The position numbers and the translations under genes are program-made. The notes under the pieces are model-generated. The model made no database searches. It was not told where the DNA came from and saw only the letters and a program-made list of their open reading frames with translations. From Ginglymostoma cirratum (lineage: Eukaryota): a DNA stretch of 64,000 bases. Shown piece after piece: positions 11,981 to 24,033 of the stretch (positions within the stretch are counted from its first letter, which is position 1; each line of letters starts with the position of its first letter). Location: positions 30,671,687-30,735,686 of the forward strand of contig JAHRHZ010000140.1 in assembly GCA_024137785.1 (NCBI GenBank), read 5' to 3'.

Positions 11981-13084
11981 GGGTCAGATTTTCTATGGAT
12001 CTCAGACATCCACTCCCTGCATCACCAACCTCAGTAGCAGCAGTGTATACCACCTGCAAAATTCACTGCAAAATTCAGCAAAGGTCCTTAGACAGCACCT
12101 TCCAAATCCACGTCCAATTCCATCTCGAAGGACAAGGGCAGCAGATGCACAATAACACAACCACCTGTAAGATCGCCTCCAAGCCTCTCACTATTCTGAC
12201 TTTGAAATATATCATTGTCCTTTCGGTGTCATTGAGCTAAAATTCTTCCATTCTCTCCCTCATGGCATTGTGGGTCCACCTACACCCTACAGCAGTTCCA
12301 GAAAGCAGCTCCCCATCACCTTCTCAAGGGCAATTGGGAATGGAGAATAAATGCTGGTCCAACCAATGACATTCACATCCCACAAGTGAATTAAAGAAAA
12401 TATTACCAACACAGGGCCTCTAAAAGGACTTTGCATTAATTAGATTTGCCTTTGCACCATTCAGTTTAAAACATTTGTTTCCTCCTACTTTGTAGGTAGT
12501 GGATGCTGATTATATTGCAGCAATAGGGTATGTGGGAACTGAGTGAATGGCTGATCAACAGCTTGGGTAATCTCTCTAATCAATCTGGATGGAGGTTTGA
12601 GATCCAAACAGCTGAAGGAAATGTCAATGAGAGTTCAATGTCAATCCCACCCCAGATAAAGAAATATTGAGAAGGAAAAAAAGATTGAAATTTAAAAAGA
12701 TTAAAAAAAAGTTTTTTTTATAAAGGTGTCATATACAAAAATACTTCGAAGAACAACTAATACCTGAAGGAATGAAACTTGTAATAATTAATTTTCAGGT
12801 TCAGACAGGTGGATTAGCAGTAATTAACAATTATTACATCATTTCAAGCATACTCACGCATGTAATGATAAGGTTTAGTTTGTAACGATCAACCAACTTG
12901 ATGGCATTCAATATATTTCAAGCTGAGGCAGACATTAAAATGGCATTTTCACAAAGCCAATGGAAAACCAGTGTAACTCAGTCAGCAACTTCAGGGTATT
13001 CCAGTTCAAACCTATATCCGCACTTTGTAGAAACAAATTGAAGAGCACCATTCACCTCGTGGTTTTGACAGCAAATTCTGGCCC
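11981..13084. mobile_element. Possible MITE with about 12-bp terminal inverted repeats, interrupted by a LINE fragment
   Basis: Left end gggtcagatttt versus reverse complement of the right end gggccagaattt (10/12 identical). Flanks are aca and aga. Confidence 0.35.
12003..12400 (+). mobile_element. CR1-group LINE 3' end (clade not resolved)
   Basis: Collinear with 47935-48328 (cactccct..cacca, cagcaccttccaaa, caagggcagcag, caccttctcaagg, gctgg..ccaatgac..cacat) and ends in an A-rich tail. Confidence 0.75.
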
Positions 13085-13821
13085 AGAGCGTTTCATTCAC
13101 ATTATAAACCTGACTCCCACCTTTTCCCCTCACTGCCCTCAACCCCATACATAGAACTAGCATTGCAGACTGGTAACCTGTTAACAGAAGCTGCTTGATT
13201 CTCGTAGTGAGCCAGGCATGCTAAAATTTATCTTAATGTCACTATTCAAACTAGAATGCTAGAAATGGCACTTTATTCTGCCAGCACTCAGCCACATTAT
13301 TAGTGCATCTTGCTTGATGCAGGGTAGGTTAATTTGACTTAGAATTAACTGTTCCATGCAAGAATAGTCACACCATATTCATACTGTTGCTGTCAAATAC
13401 TACCTGTGAAAATCCTAGTAAAACAAGAGTATTAGTTACAGGTGCAAGAGCATTTGGCAATTGTCAGTTTTCCTTCAGGGGGCTGGCACAGAGGCAGATG
13501 GGTAGTGAGGTGAACATGACCGTCTGCTTAACAGCAGACCAAAGTATAGCTTTTCCAAGAAGCTGGTAAACAGTTTCTAAGCATGGCTTTGAGTTTAAAA
13601 GATAGTTTAGATGGAAACCAGTAATTTAAAAAATCCTGGATGATGCGATATGTAGCACTTGTGCTGATGTTGATGCTGTACTTTGTGCTCATATTAGAAA
13701 CAGACTGAGCATGTTACAAATATTTAATAATTCCAAAACAAAATGCACTTTATCAGTAATTTTTAGAAATACATATGTGTGCATATATATACATACATTA
13801 ATAGATTGATTTGTAATTTAT

Positions 13822-14820
13822 AGTGGTGTCACACAGGGATCAAGGCTCGGTCCTCAACTGTTTATAATTTCTATAAATGACTTAGCGAAGGGCTGCAAGG
13901 CACAGTAGCTAAATTTGCTGATGACAGAAAAAAGGTAGGAAAGTAATTTGCGAAAAGGACACGAGGAGGTTGCAAAAATATATTCATTAGTTAAGTGAAT
14001 GGATAAAGATGTGGTAAATGGTGTATAATGTGTGAAAAAAGGAAGTTGTACTTAAAATGAAAATAATGCATATTTATCTAAATGGTGAGAGACTGCAGAG
14101 CTCTGAGATGCAGAAGGATCTGTGTGTCCTTGTGCATGAATCACAAAAGGATACCATGCTGGTAAAGCAAGAAATTAGGGAAGCTAATAAAGTGTTCATT
14201 TATCATAAGGGGAATTGAATCTATAGAATGGAGGTTAAGCTTCAGTTATACAGGGTACTAATGAAACCTCATTTGCAGTACCCTGCACATTATTGGTTAC
14301 CTTATTTAAGGAAGAATACAAGTGTAGTGGAGATAGTTCAGAGAAGGTTTATCAGGCCAATTCCTGGAAAGGCTGGGTTGTCTTATGAGGAAAGGTTGGA
14401 AAGGCAGCTAGGATTGCAGCTACTGGAGTTTAGAAGTGTGAGAGCTGATTTGATTGAAACATATAAAATCCTGAAGAATCTTTACAGGGTAGATGGGGAG
14501 AGAACGTTTCCTCTTGTAGGACAATTTAGAATGAGGGGTCACTGTTTAAAAATCAGGGGTCATCCATTTAAACCAAAGATGAGGCAATTTCTTTTCCCTC
14601 TCTTTGTCTTGGAATTCTTTTCTTGAAAAGATGCAGATGCAGAGTCCTTGAATATTTTTAAGGCAGGGGTAGACAGATTCTTGTTAAGTGTTTAAAAAGT
14701 TGTCACAGTGTAGGTAGTAATGTGGATTTGATTTTACAGTCAGATCAGCTACAATGTGATTAAATGGCAGAGAAGTTCAAGTGGCTGAATGGCCTGTTTT
14801 GTCTGGTTGTATGTTGGTAT
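13822..14820 (+). mobile_element. CR1 LINE, 5'-truncated ORF2 RT C-terminus plus 3' UTR
   Basis: SGVTQGSRLGPQLF...INDL...KFADD at 13822-13926. ORF 14228-14626 has LYRVLMKPHLQY, VQRRFIR, LSYEERL, RADLIETYKIL and RGH. Tail is gctgaatggcct. Confidence 0.93.
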
Positions 14821-14844
14821 AATGGCATTGACATATGGGTCAAC

Positions 14845-15245
14845 GCCCTTCTCCATGCAGCCAGGGTAAGTTCCAGAATCTTCTCTTAGATATCTCACAC
14901 CGACTCTATCTCTCCTTCTGCACCCACCTCCCACCAACTCTCAGGTTCTATCACTCTCACTTTTGCATGTGAATCTAACCTACTCACCCTCTCCCACCCT
15001 AACTCCCAACACCACTGACGGTGCTCTGCACTGCTGATTTTCTTGCTTAGGACACCTCCCCACCTGCACCAACTGTAATAGCTATGCCACTCACTTTCCT
15101 CTCATGTAATACCTGCCTCTCTCTCATTCCAGAGGAAAACACCCCTCAGTAGGGCAGAAATGGTCTAGGTTGATTGTGGTCTGTTTGACGTTTGCTCCTC
15201 ACTCCTTACAAGGAGCAGATCCTGACTCTGACCACTCCAAGTGGG
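14845..15245 (+). mobile_element. Harbinger Myb/SANT-like gene remnant (donor, C-rich intron, exon 2)
   Basis: cagg|gtaag donor near 14865, pyrimidine-rich intron, ctctcattccag acceptor near 15132, then ...LLTPYKEQILTL, paralogous to LLTLCKEKILDL at about 40993-41030. Confidence 0.45.
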
Positions 15246-15329
15246 GTCTGGACTGATATCATAGCTGCAGACTCACTGTGACTCAAGGCTATTCACTTGA
15301 CTTACAAATACGAGAAGCTTCCTGGCTTT

Positions 15330-15785
15330 GTGCAAGGCTTTTGCTTGGCACAATGAAGTGCAAGTGGAACAAGACCTGGGGCAGCGTGAGGGGAAGCGAG
15401 TCCCAGTGCAGCGCAACATACCTTGTTGCAGCTGAGTGCTGGTGAGGAGTGGACTGGAGGCTTGGAGTGCAGTGGGACAATTGTTGGACTGGGGCCTGAT
15501 GTGGTCGATTGGACCACATGCTGAGCTGCTGCAATTTGAAACTCTTTACTGAACTGTATTATCAATCTTTAACAATGTCCTAACTATCTTGGTTCTAACT
15601 TATTTTTTGACACTGTAAGTAATGATACTACTTTTCCTTTTATTCCTTTATTCCTCTTTGTATCCAAGATCTGTAAGTAGGTATTTTTACCTAAGATGTC
15701 ATCATTAGAGGCTGCCATTGTAAAAACATTTCACTGTTCTCCTGTACTGCTATACTGGAGTACACATGACAATAAAGGATCTTCT
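15330..15785 (+). mobile_element. Non-autonomous retroposon with Rex1/Babar-type 3' end
   Basis: Ends in catttcactgttctcctgtac...gtacacatgacaataaa, the tttcactg...gtaca(c/t)gtgacaataaa terminus typical of Rex1/Babar LINEs. The 5' boundary is uncertain. Confidence 0.45.
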
Positions 15786-16239
15786 TTTCGACATGGCAAT
15801 GCAAGTTGGCATTAATAGGAGCCTGGGATCTCTAAATGGCAATGCAAGGCAAAAATGCTGTGAGCATCCAGATAGTCTCAGAGTGAGTGAGTGCTATGAT
15901 ATGCAGCCTTGTCCGGTCCATGGGCTGGATGGTGTGTGTCCTTGAAGCAGTATTGTAGCTGCAGAGTTACAACAATAGTTACCAGTGCAGTCCGAGTTGC
16001 AGCATTAAAGTGTACAAGTGTACTCTGAGTGGACTGAAGATGTGCCATGAGCATTCATAGAGGCTGGCATGTGTCGGATACCAATGACTGTGGATGTGGG
16101 GAGAATGTGACCGGTGGCTATGGAGCATGCCCATTAGATATTTGTGCATGGTTTGGAGGATGTCGTTCAGAGGAAGGGAAGCTGAATCCCCTTAGGTTCT
16201 CACTCTGGTTTCCTTGTCAAGTTTTCCTGACATCCAAAA

Positions 16240-16404
16240 CAAAATAAAGAACTGCAGATGCTGGAGATCTGAAACAAAAACAGAAAGCACTGGAGAAACT
16301 CGGCAGGTCTGACAGCATCTGCGGAGAGAAAAATGGAATTTACATTAACTCTGTTTCTCCCTCCAGTAATGCTGAGTTTCTCCAGTACTTTCTGATTTTG
16401 TTTC
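16240..16404. mobile_element. Fold-back mini-element of two inverted Penelope 3' tails
   Basis: aaacaaaaacagaaagcactggagaaactcggca...ggagagaaa pairs with tttctccctcc...tgctgagtttctccagtactttctgattttgttt. The centre is acattaactctg (ribozyme 3' edge). Confidence 0.85.
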
Positions 16405-19400
16405 CCAAAATCTAGCTTGTTTGGGGAAGTTTGTTAAAATGGGAGGCTGAATATTAATGAGACAAGTTGTTCCACCAGCAAGAGGTTTTAACAACAACTA
16501 ATCCCCGTCAACTGGCATTTTACCACAACACTTTTGAAAAGCATAAAGAATGGAGCAAGATGATTTCCATGTCAAGAAGGGCCTTAATGCCGCACATCTT
16601 GCCAATGCCCATGTCACTCAGATCCCCATAAGTTTCTGCTGATATTGTTCCAATTCTCAACTTGAAATGTGAAACTTTGCTTCATCACAATTGTTTCATC
16701 TTATCTCCCTGATCACTGAGAATACTTTATAATCTGTACCAATACCAATACACAGGCTTTATGAATAGCAAGGCTAACTTAATTTTGAATATTATGATTG
16801 CTTTACCTCAAGATTCATGAGCTACAAGCTTCTCAACTCCAGCACTTTTACCTTCTGGACCTATTAATTTCATTTGTAGAAATGTGGATTTGGCTGGAGT
16901 GCACTTCTACAAGGGAACCTAACTTTACAGCAAATGGGAAAAGGAAGCTAAATCCAAATACATGATTTCCCCAATGTAAAAATCGTGTTCCACTTAAATT
17001 TTGTTAGTAGTTTCTGTTAAAGAGTTTGGAGATAGCAGATTGACAACTAATTTTCTATCTTCTATTGTTGACCTAAGTCTAAGATAGGTTTAGAATTGAT
17101 TAAAGGCTGTACAATGCTTGTTAATGTTAACAAGAAATTTTTTAATGTTGTAGTTTAATTGCCTCGAAGAAAGATATATATTTGCAGCCAACACAATTCA
17201 AATCAACACTTCTTTTTACTAAAGATTGTTAGCATCATCATAAATTGAACTGTAAATGCAAGTCTGCCATGACCATATTGTTTTTCTTCAATATAGTTTA
17301 AATGCTTATAGTTTATGATTCATAGTTAATTTCTTCCCAATATATTTCTAACATAAATGCATAATATTGCGGTGACAATCATATTATGGAATATACCTTC
17401 AGATCCTGTCTTGTTTTAGCTTGTCACCTAGATCACTCCATCTCCACTACGTCTGCAGAATAATAACATGAGGTCCAAAACCATTATTTTTCCAAAATAT
17501 TTAGACATCCAAAATGAATAGAGTTGAAGGCAATGTGTTGTTACTTCACTTCTACTAATGTTTATAAACCTTTTGAGATTTGCTTTCCAGGTTTATGACA
17601 TATTAGAAGTGCTAATTGAATTACTGCTTTGTAAATCACTGATAACCACCTTCCTTTCCTATACATATCCCATGGCCATTTGGAGAATTCTAGGCAATGT
17701 CAAAAGGGCTTAAATGTTGGAAAAGAAGGGTATAGATATGATATACAGAGGAAAGCTTATATAGCTATGACAGATGGATAGGTCAACAGGGAAAATTTTA
17801 TTAGGCACTATTGCTTATTTAATTAATTATTACCATTACTGCATTAAAAATAATAGTCTGTTTACTAAATAAGACATGAGATTCAAACAACATTTGTTGT
17901 TTGTCATGCGTATTCTGGTGGCTGTCTACACATTGTATGCACATTGCTGTATCTCTAGGGCTGAGGCCAGAGAACAATGCCATCTCCTGTCCTAGGATGG
18001 TATTGATGTACCAGACAAGCCTGCAGAACTAAAACCTCTTTTGGTTCGGTATCCAGGACAATGAAAGTGATAAAAGTACATTTATTGTCACATTATATTT
18101 GCATTATTCAAGCTAATAAAAGGCGCTGAAATTGGCTTTGAGAACGGTCTGTGTACAAGAATGATTCTAATTACACTGAGGATTTATTTGACATGATAAT
18201 AGTGTTGTACTCAATAATGCACATAATCTTTGACCAAAAATCTGACATCATATTTAATCTTGCATTGCTCAATGCCATTACTGAGTGTTCAAGCTCATTG
18301 CAAAAAGCTTTATACCTTCGGATTTGAAACGTCAAGGACTCAGGTCATCCCTTTTGGTTGTTGCATTATATCATTTTTGCAACAATCACAACAGAAAATA
18401 TTTGAACAATTATTTCAATCAAACGAACTATCATTATGCAAAATTCCATAACTAAGGAAGAGAGAACTTTATTGATGATAAGTTTCCGTATGGGGCCCTG
18501 GCGTGTTCATAATCATTGTGGAGTTTGAAAAATAAACTATGCCAAACAGACTAAACTGACAGCCCTGGGATTCTACTCAATCCTTGGTTATATTTCAATA
18601 TAATGAATACACAAGTGTTCAGTGTTAAGAACTCCTTTGTGATTTTAAGTGCCTCCAGTAGTCTAAGTGTTAAATTTGTAAAATATAACAGAAAAGTGAC
18701 TTCTGCCAGAAATACTGCACATTAGTGTCACAAACAGTTTATCCCATCAACCATGTTACTTAATGCAGTTATCAATAGAAATAGAGAATGCCTGGTGTAA
18801 GAACAATTAGAGCAGTCCACAGTGACACATATTATAGACATCTGAGCCATGCAAATAAAGTGCTTGTAAATCCAGACACACTACATGTACCAAGTCCTAC
18901 ATCACCGGTAGTTTGGAATGGACACAGGCCTACTGAGGGAATTCACACCTTAACGGTGCTTTCCCCCTCATTCAATTCATTGGAGAGTTGTGACAGCCCG
19001 AGGGCGCATCCGTCAGAAAGCCAAAGCTTACATTTAAATGTCAAGTTGACTGCAAGCCTCTTTACCAAGTCGCATTTGCTCGTCACTCAAAATTAAGACT
19101 TCATTCAGATTAACTATGCCTGTGCTGTGTTTTTCTATTTATTTGAATCAAAGCAGGCCACATTGGGAAGCAAAGCAGCTCCGTTTTTACTTCATATGTT
19201 CTTAATTAAAGAGGCCATGTAATCATTTAAGAAAATTGTGTCAGACAGAAATTTGATGCATGCAAACACAAGACTCTTTCGGGAGTATCCGACATGACAG
19301 TGGCAGTGGAGTCCAGCAAAGCATTTGTGAGAACAGTTACTGCCATTAAGTTGGCCACCCTTGAATTGGATCTGCATGTTTACAGCAATCAATTTCTGTC

Positions 19401-22400
19401 CAGCCATATTTTCTTAAAGAATGACATAGGCCTTTTAAAATGCTAAAACGGAATTTACTGTTCTTCACAGGATGCAGTAAATCATATCTTCTGTCATTAG
19501 GAAATAAATAACACATTCTCAGCTAAAAATGAGACAATTTAGTAAGTTTACTTTAAAACTGAAGGGGCTTTAGTTGTGGTTTTATTCCTGTCTAGGTCAT
19601 TTTCTAATAGTCAGTAAAATTATTTGTTGCACAGTTTAAAGCAAATTTAGTCAAAATAAAGTTAACAAAAGCTAAGTATAACACAGCTTTTCATTCGATG
19701 CATTCTTAGAGATATCAAATGAATTACCAATGCCTAGTGTTACTTTAGTGCAAGAACTTCACCACTCAAAAGATTTCTTGATCTGTAACAGAGTAATTTT
19801 GTTAAGTAATAATAATCTAATACATAAAGCAAGTGATTTTAGTTTGTCATATCTGTCACCTTCAGTGGTAGAGAGATTTGTGAGGAAAATTCATGCGAGA
19901 ATAGCACATTGCAATTGACCACATCAGGAAAGTGATTGTAAAATGCATCTGCTTGATTGACAGCATCCTTTTTTCACATTACTGCCCAGGCATCATGCTC
20001 AGGTTGTTAAGTTCAGGACTTTTGTGCAGTCACAAAGCAGATTCCAAAAGGAAGTGAGAGAATACAGTTTTTTGGGGAATATCGGAGCTTTCTGAAGACT
20101 TGTTGAGGTATAATAGGATTCAGTTTAGTGCTGCCTGTGCGGTGCTAATGATTATCTTTCTTAGCCTGATAAAGCAACTGACATTGTGATTGAGACACAG
20201 CTTATGCAACTGAGTCTGTACTCACCTAAATGTCAGGAAATATATTTCACATATGCTCGAGGTCTGCGCAAATGGATGCTGGAGTCACTCCAACACAAAT
20301 TAAATCGGAATAAAGTTGCTCTACACTAAATACCAGCACCGTTTATTTTCTTATAGTATTAATTTGTCAGCTCACTTCCTGCCTTATACCGATACGTTAT
20401 ACATATACAAACTGAAAAGACAAAACATCAAATTATTTGGTTCCTCCTTGTGGTTCAAAACTGTTTAGATTTGTACTAACCATTTAACGCTGTACTAAAT
20501 AGTTAGTGTTTCTGTGAATTAGTTTGTTTTATGCTAACTTTTTGAACAGTGAAATTCGGTTACAAGTTTCAGAATAGTCTTTTTAAACTTGGATATCCAC
20601 AAAATATTTGAGCTGTTTAATATCCCGTTTTTTCCAGTAATCAATAACCTGTAGAATGATAAAAATGAAATAAACAATTTTAGTTTTATGCCCCCTTGTA
20701 CCTCCTCATTAGCAAAATATTGAAATTTTACTTTGGTTCAAAGATGCTATTTAGTTTGCAATGGTTAATGACGTTTGCATGTTATTCTTCACTCAAAATG
20801 ACTTTGACTGACATTTTGAATAAATAAAGGTTAATGATGAAGTAAGAATGTTCAATATTTTACATTTATATCTCATGTACTCCTTATTAGAAATTCCCCT
20901 GTTTCAACTGTAATATTTGAAGAGGACAATATCTGCATATTTAAGAGCTTGGAAGAGATGAAATAATATGGGTTGAGGATGTGTGAGATTCCAGAGGGAC
21001 AAAAGAATCCCACAGAACCAGTGGAGTAAGTGCTGAATTCCTACAGGTACAGAGTTTCCATGCACCGGTATGTGTGGGATTTTCAGCAGTATTTTCTGCA
21101 CAAATGCCATCCACCAATTATTTTTGCTTGCCTCCATTATCTCCCTTACTGAAAAATATTAATACAACCTGGTCAAATTATTAACACTGATAGAGCCACA
21201 TTTGAAACTACTGTTGTAATCTTAGTGACTTCAATTTCACAGTGATTAAAAGGTAACAACAAGGTGCAAGATATTTAAGAAACTCTGACATTTGTTTTTC
21301 TTACCGGACAATTTGCATTAAATGGAGATACTGTAATTTAACTGAGAATTTTCAGTATTATTACTTGTTAGATTGCTTCAGAAAACGTTGTAACATAGAG
21401 ATTAAAATGGTCTTTTGAAAACAACCTTAATGTATCTTCATCTATAAGCTGTCGTGATTATTTAAGATCTTTTAATGGCATTTTCACAATATACAGGTAT
21501 ATGGAGCATATTTATCTCGAGGAGGTATGGTAATAAATACAAGTAAGTAACAAGGCTAAAAGCAGCCATTGATCTGACTTGGGCAGCTTCATGTAATACT
21601 TAGTTTACATTCATAAGTTTTATTTTCCCCTAATGGCTCATCATGGTAAAAATGAACTACGCAGTATATATACAAATATATCGTGGTAACATTTTAAAAA
21701 TAGTACAGCAATTATAATATTTGTAACTTTCTTCATATGACCAGGCTATGTACACCATAGGTATTTATCTTCTATTATCCTTCATTAGATTACTGAAAAT
21801 AATTTTGCAAACATTATTTAAATTTATTATGTGATGTGGAAAATGCTACTGTGACACAATATGCTGAAAATGAAGTGCCCTGAGGGTTAATACAGTCAAG
21901 AAGTAAAGAAGTGTTTTGGACATGTACACAACATGTGTTTTACTGCTATAATTAAATGAGGTGGACTGGGACTTAATACATATGGACTTTGAATTGCTTA
22001 AATTTAGATTAATATGATTTGAAAACTTTCTACCAAATTAGACATTGAAAGGTTAGATTTTGTGAAAGACAATACACAGGCTAGCTACAATATTACAATC
22101 TCCAACGATTTCTGCATAACACCAAATCATTTTTTTTTGCAGTACTATCCTTAAAAGAACAGCAGGCTTTTAAATAGCTGAAACATGTAACATCGGAACC
22201 AGTTTTGAATATGGAATAAAAATTGAGGCTGACCCTTACTGATAGAATATGTTCCTAAAGTGGAACTTCTCCCCAGGGATGGCTCTGCATGTCCACCCAA
22301 CCCCCTCCTTCAAACCCACTCCTCAGTCCCCCTTCGCTGAAACCCACCCCAGCAGCAACAATTGCTTATTCTACAAAAAAAAAACAAAAGTCAATATTTA

Positions 22401-24018
22401 TCGAGCTTTAACTCACAATAGTGGGCATGCTGGCCAGAAAGGAATTTTCACAAATTCAGGAAACATTTAAGAGGTAAAACCAACATCCTGAGACAGGAGA
22501 CAGGCAAGCCTTTGACACCAACTTGGTGAAGAAACGTACTGGAGAAACCTTTAGACAGGAAGGGCCTAGTGCGGGGTCAGGACAAGAGGGACACAGGAAC
22601 AAGGCAAAGGAGAGCAGAACTTTCCAAGCCCCATCACTAGCAATGAGCTTTCTTTTCATGGGAATTTAGTCCTCCAGTGTTTAAATTTGCTGAACTGTAC
22701 TAAAAACTACACTGGAATCTAGCAGTAATTGTGTTACAGTAGAAGCCTGCTAATGGGTACCCTGTTAATATGAATGTTCATTTAAAGGGAACATTTGCTC
22801 AGGCACCAATTAATTCCCCGTACATTCTGCAGTGTTTGCTCAATAGGAATGATTGGATAAAGGAAATGTTTTTCTTGCCACATGGGTGTTCCTGTTACAA
22901 GCCTTATACTGTTCAGGAAATGATTTTAAATCATTGATAAAATGTAATCTGCAAATTATATCCAATTTTATAGTCTTTTTTCCTAATAAAACAGTACTTC
23001 TTAAAAATGCTACATGAATTGAGCTTCATTGAGGTAAAGTTCTGAAAATAACAAATTGTTCATACTTGGCCCTTTAGAAACAGCTTCTTTTTTTAATTTA
23101 AAAAGATCAGCTTTAATGTACCCGTTTTGAAAATGACCCTTGGCAGAAATTTCTCATGAAGTGAGTCGGCAAATTGCTGCAAACTTGGTAATTTAAGAAA
23201 AGGAAACAGTGATACGAAATACAGAGTAAAGATTGTTCAAAGGTGACAATGCACTGTAAAGGTTAGTGTTCGCAGACGTTATACCACTGTTAGTAGCTTG
23301 TTACTGGAAACTCGATGTAAGTATTAATGATTGGAGTCAGGAACAATGGGACTAAATTAGAAGGAGGCTGCCATTAATAAAACAGAAAATAAAACTCCAT
23401 TTCTGCACATTTTCAAAAATGTGTGGTGCTCTCAGAGGTCCTTTCATTTTAACCAAATCAGGGGGAACTTGTCTTCAATGCGGTGAGGCAGATGGAACAA
23501 TAAATCACGGAAGCCATCGACTGCCTGCAGTGTGCTCACCGCAGCTGTCACTTTTTTGTCTCTTTGGTTTTAGCTGACATGGTTTTAGGTCCACTGTGAA
23601 CCAATCTGGACTTTTTTTTACAGTCATATCCATCAAAATGGCTAGTAACCATCAACCTACTGCAGCGATCGATTCGTCCAGTTATTCTCACGCATAGCCA
23701 ATGCTGTGCTCTCTAGGTGAGACATGGGAGACGCACCTCATTTTAGCTTTTGCCTGAAGCTACAGCTGTGATTTCAGAGCAATCTTTGCCAACGTTATTA
23801 AAGTTGCATCATGACGAAGATCAAGCAACCCAGACTGCTTGCTTTGTGACAATCCCCACTCACCCCTCCCAAAAAAAAAAGCAGTATTAAACAGCTTGCA
23901 CAGTATACTATGGCATTTTCTTCCAATGTTACTCTTGCAAAGTAAAGAAGTGGGTTTTTTACATAACCTTAGCTGTCTCAATAAAGGTCAGTTCTTGACC
24001 ATCAGTTATTATTTCTAT

Positions 24019-24033
24019 CCAGCTGGTGGCGCT
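24019..24033 (+). promoter_or_regulatory. Candidate CTCF-binding motif
   Basis: CCAGCTGGTGGCGCT, one mismatch to CCASYAGRKGGCRS, in unique sequence. Confidence 0.4.

Noticed and set aside
14228-14626. 132-aa ORF as a host CDS
   Set aside because: It is the C-terminus of CR1 ORF2 in a truncated copy with upstream stops.
22250-22680. GC-richer patch as a MITE
   Set aside because: Terminal repeats are not convincing and there is no second copy in the window; left unannotated.
23540-23620. mir-9 gene
   Set aside because: Two bases are missing from the mature sequence and there is no complementary star arm.
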